Source: a virus
Lineage: Duplodnaviria > Heunggongvirae > Uroviricota > Caudoviricetes
Reading direction: 5' to 3' (one strand)
Virus record (IMG/VR): IMGVR_UViG_3300043399_000676
DNA: 64,000 nt
Part shown: positions 56,228 through 64,000 of the stretch, piece after piece
Position numbering within the stretch: position 1 is the stretch's first letter
Layout of the letters: each line of letters starts with the position of its first letter
Translations under genes and position numbers: made by a program
Notes under the pieces: generated by a model
Databases searched by the model: none
Seen by the model: the letters and a program-made list of their open reading frames with translations, nothing else
Told to the model about the DNA's origin: nothing

Positions 56228-56536
56228 ATGAAGATAACTAAGAAACAGCTTAAGAAAAAAATTCGCAAAGCATTGGAAAAGACAAAATATCAAGGTGAGG
56301 ATAGATTAATCTGTGACTCAGATAGGTTGACGTTGAGTGCGCCTATGCAGACTCCAGATATGCGTCCAATGATTCATTTCCAAGTATATCCTGCTAGTGG
56401 CGGCTATGTGAGCGAAGTTCGAACCTTCTGCAAGAAGACCGGAAATACTAATACCACATTGCATATCATCCCGTCAGAACAAGAACTGGGTGAAGCACTG
56501 AGCAAAATCATCACTATTGAAACTCTGAAGGTATAA
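56228..56536 (+). CDS. Hypothetical protein
   Basis: ORF with GAGG RBS. Confidence 0.68.
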   Translation: MKITKKQLKKKIRKALEKTKYQGEDRLICDSDRLTLSAPMQTPDMRPMIHFQVYPASGGYVSEVRTFCKKTGNTNTTLHIIPSEQELGEALSKIITIETLKV

Positions 56537-57469
56537 ATGCTAGACAATAAACTATGGGTCGAACGTTATAGGCCTAAAACGCTTGATGAATACGTCTTCA
56601 CTGATGAAGGACAACGAAGCCAAGTTCAAGCATGGATCAAAGAGGGATCTATTCCGCATCTATTGCTCTGGGGAGAAGCTGGTGTGGGCAAAACCACACT
56701 AGCAAAAGTCCTCATCAATGAACTTGGGGTAGAATCTCTCGATGTACTTGAGATCAATGCTAGCCGCGAGAATAGCGTTGATATTGTCCGCAATAAACTG
56801 ATCAACTTTATTCAAACAGTACCATTTGGTAAATTTAAAATTGTACTCCTTGATGAGGTTGACTACACCTCTACTGCGTTTCAAGCTGCACTTCGAAGTG
56901 ATATGGAAACTTACGCTGACACCGTACGTTTCATCATGACATGTAATTATCCTAACAAGGTAATCCCTGCAATCAGGTCCAGTCGATGCTTTTCTTTTGA
57001 AGCAGCCAAACCTGATATTACTGAGTTTACAGCAAGAGCCGCTACTATCCTTGTAAAAGAAGGAATTGATTTTGATTTGGAAGTCTTGGATGAGTATGTT
57101 AAGGCAACATATCCTGATCTAAGGAGATGCCTAAATCAACTGCAAGAAAAAAGCAAGACTGGAAAACTGCTTGTCGCTAGCGGGGCAACAACTTCAGATG
57201 ATGCAATGTTAGTAGAAGCAGTGGAACTGTTCAAAAAAGGTAAGGTCATTGACGGTAGAAAACAAATTCTTCAATACTTATCCTTATATCCTTCTAGAAT
57301 CGAAAGTATCTACATGTGGATGTATAACAATCTAAATCTATGGGGAGATACTAACGAAAAAAGAGATGCTGCGATTTTGGTAATTCGTAATGGACTAGTT
57401 AATCTGACTCTTGTTGGTATCCCTGAAATTGCGTTGAGTGCTTCTTTGGTTGAACTTACGTCCCTATAA
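56537..57469 (+). CDS. Clamp-loader large subunit (T4 gp44/RFC-like)
   Basis: LWVERYRP, GEAGVGKTT, INAS, LLDEVD and SSRC (SRC) motifs. Confidence 0.93.
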   Translation: MLDNKLWVERYRPKTLDEYVFTDEGQRSQVQAWIKEGSIPHLLLWGEAGVGKTTLAKVLINELGVESLDVLEINASRENSVDIVRNKLINFIQTVPFGKFKIVLLDEVDYTSTAFQAALRSDMETYADTVRFIMTCNYPNKVIPAIRSSRCFSFEAAKPDITEFTARAATILVKEGIDFDLEVLDEYVKATYPDLRRCLNQLQEKSKTGKLLVASGATTSDDAMLVEAVELFKKGKVIDGRKQILQYLSLYPSRIESIYMWMYNNLNLWGDTNEKRDAAILVIRNGLVNLTLVGIPEIALSASLVELTSL

Positions 57470-57491
57470 AACAAACTAAAGGATATGAAGA

Positions 57492-57740
57492 ATGAGATAT
57501 TTTATTGTAACATATTACAAAAAACCAAATGGTCAGATTGATGAAGCAGTCTCAATTGCAAAGAAGGTAAAGGTCAGCGATCAGCAGACTGCAAGTGTCA
57601 TTATGGACTTCAAAGAAAAGAAGGTAATGCAATGCACAGTCGATGGGAAAAAACTCGATACTGATTGGGATAGTCTATTTGGCTATTATAATCAGCATTA
57701 TCCAACCGTGATGCAAAGACTCTTACAGGAAGCAGCATGA
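57492..57740 (+). CDS. Hypothetical protein
   Basis: ORF with AAAGGA RBS. Confidence 0.7.
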   Translation: MRYFIVTYYKKPNGQIDEAVSIAKKVKVSDQQTASVIMDFKEKKVMQCTVDGKKLDTDWDSLFGYYNQHYPTVMQRLLQEAA

Positions 57741-57769
57741 AAAAAGGGGCTTTGCCCCTTTTTTCATGC
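57735..57769. terminator. Bidirectional terminator, perfect 16-bp inverted repeat
   Basis: GCATGAAAAAAGGGGC-ttt-GCCCCTTTTTTCATGC. Confidence 0.9.
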
Positions 57770-58540
57770 GTACATTTTCAAGATATGTTCAATAATTCGA
57801 TGTCTTTGAACATCCTTCAATTCAAACTTACATAACTTCAATCCAGGCACGGCGTGTCTTTCTACTCTCTCTTGTAAATCGAGCAGCCCGTTTTGTGCGT
57901 TGCGTCTATCGGTTTGCTCTATGTCACCAGTGATAACAATTTTGCTATTTTCGCTTATCCTAGTTAGAAGCATCTTTAACTGATTAGGTGTCGTGTTCTG
58001 TGCCTCATCTAGTATAATCCAGCAGTTCTTTAAGTTTCTTCCTCGCATAAATGCAAGTGGAGCAATTTCTATGATCTTGTGTTCAATCATAGATTGAACT
58101 TCTTCAACAGAATAGAACTCATGAAAAACGTCATATAATGGTAACATCCAAGGTTCCATTTTTTGATTAACATCCCCTGGTAGAAATCCTAGTTTCTCAT
58201 CTTCTACTTCTACCATTGGTCTAGTGAGTACAATCTTTTTGCATTCTCCTGATTTAAGTGCTTTGATTGCTGCTTTCATTGCTAAATACGTTTTCCCTGT
58301 GCCTGCAGGACCGGTGACCACTACTATATCATTTTCTTGGTCTAACAGAGAAAGAATGTATTTTTCTTGATTAAGTGTTTTGGGTACTAAGTCTACTGAT
58401 TGAGAACGTGCTTGATATTTACTTGGTCTTTCAAACGGAATAGTTTTCGAATCACTCATGTAGAACGTTTTTGTTTGTTGTTTTTTGTGGGCTAAGAAAG
58501 CGTCATCTTTTCTAAGCTCACTAGTCTTGCGTTTTCCCAA
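57764..58540 (-). CDS. phoH: PhoH-like ATPase
   Basis: GPAGTGKT, LTRP, GFLPG, FMRGR, DEAQN and GD..Q.D motifs; TTG start; late box at 58585-58590. Confidence 0.95.
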   Translation of the reverse strand: MGKRKTSELRKDDAFLAHKKQQTKTFYMSDSKTIPFERPSKYQARSQSVDLVPKTLNQEKYILSLLDQENDIVVVTGPAGTGKTYLAMKAAIKALKSGECKKIVLTRPMVEVEDEKLGFLPGDVNQKMEPWMLPLYDVFHEFYSVEEVQSMIEHKIIEIAPLAFMRGRNLKNCWIILDEAQNTTPNQLKMLLTRISENSKIVITGDIEQTDRRNAQNGLLDLQERVERHAVPGLKLCKFELKDVQRHRIIEHILKMYA

Positions 58541-58710
58541 AGTTATTTCTCCTGTCGTTTAACTTATAGCTTGAGCTACATGACTATTTAAGGGTACTCA
58601 ACATGCGACAACTAGTGCATTTATTGTGTAAGAATTTTACATAAATATTAGGCTCCGGGTAATAAAAGTTGTTCCGAGCAATCTTGTGCTGCGGTGATAA
58701 ATACTTCATC

Positions 58711-59343
58711 ATGAGCAAAAGCACCGAAAAGTTTTTCAATTCAATTGAACACAATGATATTGTTAACAATATCAAAAACATTTACACTAGTGATGGGTCT
58801 ATTAATACTTTATTAGACTTTGAACGTTGTCTAGATGAGGCAAATCTGTACGCTTTTAGAAACTGGGAACTGGGTGAGCTAGTAGAAGGTCCAGTAATCA
58901 AGCGATACACTGTTTCTTGTACATTTATGTATCCAAAGAAACTTATGCCTAATCCGAAGGGAGCAATTAGATTGCTTGAGCTAGGATGCAACGTTCAGTT
59001 TAAGAAGACAACGATCAAAGTTCCAGTTGTCATAAAAACGCCAGATGATTATAGGCCTGGGACACATTATCCTAAGCTTACTGAGAAACATGTTTGGTTG
59101 ATAAGAATAGAAATGCCAAAAGACTTGATGGATGAAATCAGAGATGGTAGCGTAGATTTGGCAGGTCAAACAGTTGATCTTTCAGACTTGGATGATGCTT
59201 ACGAACAAGACTTGAACAAAGAAGAGTTAGAGAATGACGATTCTAAGAAAGATAATCAACAAGAAATGCCAGGACAAATGCCAGGAGCAGAACCATTCCC
59301 GAGCCCGGCGGCAGGTCCAAACCCAATGGGGGGAATGATGTAA
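58711..59343 (+). CDS. Hypothetical late protein
   Basis: Late box at 58698-58703, 7 nt before ATG 58711. Confidence 0.72.
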   Translation: MSKSTEKFFNSIEHNDIVNNIKNIYTSDGSINTLLDFERCLDEANLYAFRNWELGELVEGPVIKRYTVSCTFMYPKKLMPNPKGAIRLLELGCNVQFKKTTIKVPVVIKTPDDYRPGTHYPKLTEKHVWLIRIEMPKDLMDEIRDGSVDLAGQTVDLSDLDDAYEQDLNKEELENDDSKKDNQQEMPGQMPGAEPFPSPAAGPNPMGGMM

Positions 59344-59879
59344 TGCGTAAAATAGTAAAAGAAGGTCTAGATTATCTTGATTTTGACGGTCAAATAGAAC
59401 CTAATATTTCTGTTGATGAATATGTGGCAAAAACAGGCGACGATGATGACATCGTAACAGTAGCTTTTGTAGTTAGAGGTCGACAAGCAGGAGCAGATTT
59501 GGCAAACTGGTTTGAACGTGGGTATGATTGGGTTCTTGATGCTAAGGTATCAGATGGTGAATTAGACACAAATAAGTATGTAGTTTTTGTCGAGATGGAC
59601 AGAAGATCAACTACACCAAAAAGAATCATTACCTTGTTGTCTGACTTAGAAACACTAACTGGAATGGCATTGGATGACTGGTCGGTTACAGTAGAAGACG
59701 AGGACTATGATGCAGACGAAGACATACTAAAACAAGTTATCAAATGCAGTCCTCATGAATATAGAGAAGCAAAAGAAGGCGAACTCAATGAAATGCGTAA
59801 CATTGCAGGTTTGTCAGTACTACCCAGTAAAAAAATGGATGATGAGTTAAGAAATTTTATTATCAACTCGGGGATTTAA
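59343..59879 (+). CDS. Hypothetical acidic late protein
   Basis: TAATG coupling; IVKE leader and LNEMRNIAGL tail motifs. Confidence 0.72.
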   Translation: MRKIVKEGLDYLDFDGQIEPNISVDEYVAKTGDDDDIVTVAFVVRGRQAGADLANWFERGYDWVLDAKVSDGELDTNKYVVFVEMDRRSTTPKRIITLLSDLETLTGMALDDWSVTVEDEDYDADEDILKQVIKCSPHEYREAKEGELNEMRNIAGLSVLPSKKMDDELRNFIINSGI

Positions 59880-59880
59880 A

Positions 59881-60318
59881 ATGAGATTAGCTACACGAGT
59901 TACTACCGAGATGCCAATAGCAACAAATGATATTGCATATGAGTTGCTATGTGCAGATCCTACAATGAATCAATTTAACGTTAGTTCGCAACAAACTGTG
60001 TTAACTGAAGCAGGAATAAATGCTGCTCAAGGTGCGGAAGTTTTGGTTGCTAATACTAATCAAGATTGGTTAAATAGAAAATGGCGCCCATTTATGGGAT
60101 GGATGTACATGGTAGTTTGTGTGACTGATTTTATCATATTCCCTATACTTTGGTCTTTGTTACAAGCATATAGTTCAGGACAGGTAACAAATCAATGGCA
60201 GCCACTTACATTGCAGGGTGCAGGACTATTTCATTTAGCAATGGGTGCAGTTCTTGGTATCGCAGCATATGGTAGAACGAAAGAAAAGATTGAGTCGTCT
60301 ATAACCAATAAATATTGA
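59881..60318 (+). CDS. Holin-like membrane protein (3TM/GTA-holin-like)
   Basis: WRPFMGW motif followed by hydrophobic segments and G...YGRT.EK. Confidence 0.65.
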   Translation: MRLATRVTTEMPIATNDIAYELLCADPTMNQFNVSSQQTVLTEAGINAAQGAEVLVANTNQDWLNRKWRPFMGWMYMVVCVTDFIIFPILWSLLQAYSSGQVTNQWQPLTLQGAGLFHLAMGAVLGIAAYGRTKEKIESSITNKY

Positions 60319-60345
60319 TATTAGCACTTATTGCTAGAATCATAT

Positions 60346-61131
60346 ATGGATTATTACAATATACTAGGCGTATCTAAAACTGCATCATCCGAGGAACTAA
60401 AAAAGGCTTACAGAAAATTAGCCAGTCAGCATCATCCCGACAAAGGGGGTGATACTGCAAAGTTCCAGCAAATTCAAGAAGCATACGATACACTTTCCGA
60501 CCCTGCAAAGAGGCAAAGGTACGACGCCCCGAACACGAACAATTTTCCTGAAGGATTTAACTTCAATTTTGGCACAAGCAACATGGAAAATCTGTTCGAT
60601 CAGATTTTACGTCAACACAAAGAACATCAACGAAGAGAGGTTATATGCAAGACTGTACTACCTCTTACACTAGAGGAAATCTCTTCTGGTTCTCAAAGAA
60701 TATTAAACTTGAACATTAATGGGCAATTGCACACGGTCAAAATAGATGTCCCCGACGGAGTAGAAAACGGACAGCAATATAGATTCAACAATCTCATCAA
60801 AGATGTAACCTTGATGGTAGAATTTAGAATTCTCCCTCATCCTAAATTTGAGAGGAAAGGATTGGATCTTTATACCTCTGAAGAGGTTAGTGTTCTAGAT
60901 TTGATCACTGGTGGTTCGATCCGAACTACTACGTTATCTGGTAAAACGCTAGAGATTAATATAAAACCCAAAACTCAACCTGGAAGCCTACTTAGAATCC
61001 CAAAGGAAGGAATTGTCACTAGAAATCAAGTAGGTGACCAATTTGTATTGATTAAACCTACTATGCCTGATATCATTGATCAGCGTATTGTTGATGCTAT
61101 AAACACCTATAATAAAGGAACTTTAAATTGA
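60346..61131 (+). CDS. dnaJ: DnaJ/CbpA-like co-chaperone (no Zn finger)
   Basis: DYY.ILGV...[14 protein letters not shown]-domain plus C-terminal substrate domain. Confidence 0.9.
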   Translation: MDYYNILGVSKTASSEELKKAYRKLASQHHPDKGGDTAKFQQIQEAYDTLSDPAKRQRYDAPNTNNFPEGFNFNFGTSNMENLFDQILRQHKEHQRREVICKTVLPLTLEEISSGSQRILNLNINGQLHTVKIDVPDGVENGQQYRFNNLIKDVTLMVEFRILPHPKFERKGLDLYTSEEVSVLDLITGGSIRTTTLSGKTLEINIKPKTQPGSLLRIPKEGIVTRNQVGDQFVLIKPTMPDIIDQRIVDAINTYNKGTLN

Positions 61132-63404
61132 ATAACTCACCCGAAATTGAAAACATCATTGAACGAGCAGTAGAATTTGCAAAGGAACGCAACCATGAAT
61201 ATTGCACCATCGAGCATCTGCTGCTATCTTTGATTACCCAAAGTTCATTCAAGACTTGTCTTGAGGAGTTTGGTGCTGATGTTAACGCACTTACGGCTGA
61301 AGTATCTGCCTATGTTGATGGTCTAAATTCTATTGTACGAAAAGATCCCAAATCATCGGCACAACCTAAGAAAACTAATAGCCTAGAACGAGTGATGAAT
61401 AGGTGCGTCACTCAAGTTCTATTTACTGGCCGTCAAGCTGTAACTACCTTGGATCTCTATCTCAGCATCTCAAATGAATCGACTTCTCACGCTCATTATT
61501 TCCTGCTGAAGTACGGAATCAAAAAACATGAGTTTGCTGTTTTTTGGCAAGAAAATTATCAAAGTAATGACGAAGACAATCTTATCAGTGAAAAGCAAGC
61601 AGAGAGAATTTTGTCTGAGTTTACAATCAATTTGTCTAAGATGGCAAAAGCAGGAAAGCTTGAACCACTAATTGGTCGCAGCACGGAACTTGATGATATT
61701 GTCAACGTTTTAGCAAAGAAATATAAATCCAACTGTCTGATGATCGGGGATCCTGGTGTAGGTAAGACTTCTATCGTTGAGGGTCTTGCACAACTAATCA
61801 ATGATAATAACGTTCCTGAATTTCTTAAAGGGCATGAAGTTTATTCTCTTGAAATTGGATCTCTTCTTGCAGGCTCAAAGTATCGAGGTGATTTTGAGGA
61901 AAAAATCAAAGCAGTTTTGGATGCTCTGAATTCAAAGAAAAACGCAATCCTATTCATCGATGAAGCACACACTATGAAGGGATCTGGTGCATCAAATGGC
62001 AGTAGCGTTGACTTCGCTAACATGATCAAACCCGCAATTACTAAAGGTACACTTAAAGTAATTGCAAGTACTACTTGGGAAGATTACTACGAATCATTTG
62101 AAAAGGATCGCGCTCTAATGCGTAGATTCTACAAAATTAATGTGGATGAACCTTCACATGACAGCACCATTCGTATCCTAAGAGGATTGAGTCAGCGTCT
62201 TAATGATTTCCACAATGTTACTATTACGGACGAAGCAATCGTAGCAGCGGTAGAAAGTTCTTCGCGCTATATTCACGATCGGAAAAACCCTGATAAGTCG
62301 ATTGACTTGCTAGACGGAGCATGTGCAAGACAACGAGCAAAGGGAGTGGAAAATGCCCTCATCACTAAGGAACTTATTAATGCTCAGGTAGAAAAGTTGA
62401 CTGGCATCCCTGCAAACAAACTCAACGATAACTCTATTAACTTAGTGCAAAACTTAGAAGCTAACATCAAAGACAATCTGTTTGGTCAAGAGGATGTAGT
62501 TAACAAAGTGCTAGATAGGCTATATGTCAGCTTTACTGGAATTGGAAACTCAAACAAACCAATGGGAAGTTTCTTATTTCTAGGGCCGACTGGAACAGGT
62601 AAAACAGAGTTTGCAAGACAACTAAGCAAAAATCTAGATATGCCTCTGGTTAAGTATGACATGTCAGAATACAGCGAAAAGCACAGTGTTTCTTCTCTGC
62701 TAGGTGCTCCTCCGGGGTACGTTGGTTTCGGCGAAGGTAATCTAGGTGGGGGCAGGCTCATTAACGACCTAAGTAAGAATCCTCACAGTATCCTTCTTTT
62801 CGATGAGGTCGAAAAAGCTCATCCGGACATCTTCAACGTATTCTTGCAGTTACTAGACGATGGGCGAGTTACTGGTAGTAATGGTAAAGTAGTCAATGCA
62901 AAAAATACTATTGTTATCATGACGAGCAACTTGGGCGCTAGTGATAGTGAACGAAACGTCATTGGGTTTGGTAGTCAAACTCGTACCGGGGATCAAGAAA
63001 AGGCTCTGAAAGAATTCTTCAAACCTGAGTTCCGAAATCGTCTGGACATGATCTGTACATTTGACAAGTTGAATGACTTGGCTATTAAGAAGATCGTAGT
63101 TAAGTTTGCAAATGAACTGAAAAAGTCACTCAAAGACACGCATGAGATTATTTTGAATCTCTCTGAACCAGTGGTCGAGTATCTAGCTGAAGTGGGATAT
63201 GATAGCAAAATGGGCGCACGACCACTATCAAGAAAAATGGATGAATTGATTCGTGTTCCGCTTTCTAAAAAGATTCTCTTTGAGCAACTGAAAAACGCTA
63301 CCATTACTGTTAAACTTAACAAGAAGAAAGAAATCGTTTTTGATGTTAAGAAAAAAATTACTGCTGCTGTTTCTGAAGACGGCACAATTGAAGTAAAGGC
63401 ATAA
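61128..63404 (+). CDS. clpA: ClpA-like two-ring AAA+ unfoldase
   Basis: N-domain EHLLL, Walker A GDPGVGKT and GPTGTGKT, pore loops KYRG and GYVG, IGF loop, no ClpB middle domain, 758 aa. Confidence 0.9.
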   Translation: MNNSPEIENIIERAVEFAKERNHEYCTIEHLLLSLITQSSFKTCLEEFGADVNALTAEVSAYVDGLNSIVRKDPKSSAQPKKTNSLERVMNRCVTQVLFTGRQAVTTLDLYLSISNESTSHAHYFLLKYGIKKHEFAVFWQENYQSNDEDNLISEKQAERILSEFTINLSKMAKAGKLEPLIGRSTELDDIVNVLAKKYKSNCLMIGDPGVGKTSIVEGLAQLINDNNVPEFLKGHEVYSLEIGSLLAGSKYRGDFEEKIKAVLDALNSKKNAILFIDEAHTMKGSGASNGSSVDFANMIKPAITKGTLKVIASTTWEDYYESFEKDRALMRRFYKINVDEPSHDSTIRILRGLSQRLNDFHNVTITDEAIVAAVESSSRYIHDRKNPDKSIDLLDGACARQRAKGVENALITKELINAQVEKLTGIPANKLNDNSINLVQNLEANIKDNLFGQEDVVNKVLDRLYVSFTGIGNSNKPMGSFLFLGPTGTGKTEFARQLSKNLDMPLVKYDMSEYSEKHSVSSLLGAPPGYVGFGEGNLGGGRLINDLSKNPHSILLFDEVEKAHPDIFNVFLQLLDDGRVTGSNGKVVNAKNTIVIMTSNLGASDSERNVIGFGSQTRTGDQEKALKEFFKPEFRNRLDMICTFDKLNDLAIKKIVVKFANELKKSLKDTHEIILNLSEPVVEYLAEVGYDSKMGARPLSRKMDELIRVPLSKKILFEQLKNATITVKLNKKKEIVFDVKKKITAAVSEDGTIEVKA

Positions 63405-63407
63405 TCA

Positions 63408-64000
63408 ATGAGAAAGGCTGCTGGTATCTCAGGGGTGGATTTCGTAGAATCCAGGAATAAACTCTATTACAACAGATATACCTATAAAGTAAGGATTGAG
63501 TTGTATGGAGTTGGAATCTTATGGGACACACCCGACGTTTCTTCGTTCAGAAGGAAACTAGGTGTAAATAACTCCTTAAAAATCAATAATAGATTACAAC
63601 AGGGCCAATCTAATCTTGAGAAATTCATCGAATGGAAGTTCGATGAAAATCGAAAAAACAAATGCTTAGTTAGGATCGAGAGAAACACGGCTTGCGTTTT
63701 CAGTAATGACTTAGATTATCTGAAAGAAGTAGGTAAATTGTTTGATGACTGCAATCAAACATTCGTGATTGCAGATGTACTTCATTCTGCGGATGTCATG
63801 TACTTTAAACGTGAACCTAAAAATAACTTTAGGGTTTACTTACAGTATACAAAAATCACTGCGGATGAGGGCAAAAGCTTCATTCGGTTTATAAAAAGTA
63901 AACCTGAGTTTAAACCGAGTTATGCACTATCTAGATGGATGGATAGACAAAAACATGGTTCAATATATTGGGTGCATAGCAGTCTATTCGTTGACCTGGA
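63408..64000 (+). CDS. 3'-truncated hypothetical protein (not in the ORF track)
   Basis: Frame MRKAAGISGVDFVESRNKLYYNRY... is open to the window end. Confidence 0.7.
   Translation, partial: MRKAAGISGVDFVESRNKLYYNRYTYKVRIELYGVGILWDTPDVSSFRRKLGVNNSLKINNRLQQGQSNLEKFIEWKFDENRKNKCLVRIERNTACVFSNDLDYLKEVGKLFDDCNQTFVIADVLHSADVMYFKREPKNNFRVYLQYTKITADEGKSFIRFIKSKPEFKPSYALSRWMDRQKHGSIYWVHSSLFVDL

Noticed and set aside
1-64000. Stop-codon reassignment (alternative genetic code) as seen in some huge phages
   Set aside because: Core genes are full length under code 11, and TAG and TGA both end genes at sensible positions (e.g. 20209, 23525, 7496, 15305).

Overview
The window is an internal 64-kb piece of a large lytic dsDNA myovirus genome (jumbo-phage type, distantly T4-like). 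It uses the standard genetic code and is AT-rich and gene-dense; both ends fall inside genes. Replication and recombination genes include gp32-like SSB, UvsX, UvsY, UvsW, primase, gp41-like helicase, both clamp-loader subunits, a DEDD exonuclease and a PD-(D/E)XK exonuclease. Morphogenesis genes include large terminase, neck gp13/gp14-like, gp15-like, sheath, tube, gp4-like, baseplate and fibre proteins. There are also lysis genes (GH19 lysin, 3-TM holin-like), auxiliary genes (peptide deformylase, MazG-like, Nudix, dNMP kinase, PhoH) and a chaperone set (GroES, DnaJ, ClpA). Two promoter classes are readable: sigma70-type TTGACA-N17-TATAAT and a T4-late-like (A)TAAATA box. Four things stand out. 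(1) A miniature family-C (DnaE) polymerase core is split into two genes about 40 kb apart, with no intein. (2) A ~380-nt helix-rich non-coding segment at 36.25-36.63 kb is a candidate large structured RNA. (3) Four genes have a promoter embedded in an RBS-sequestering hairpin. (4) Large modular proteins have modules bounded by [LIV]-x-E motifs resembling prohead-protease sites. I saw no tRNA, rRNA, CRISPR array, integrase or reverse transcriptase. All functional calls come from motifs recognised by eye; no database searches were run.
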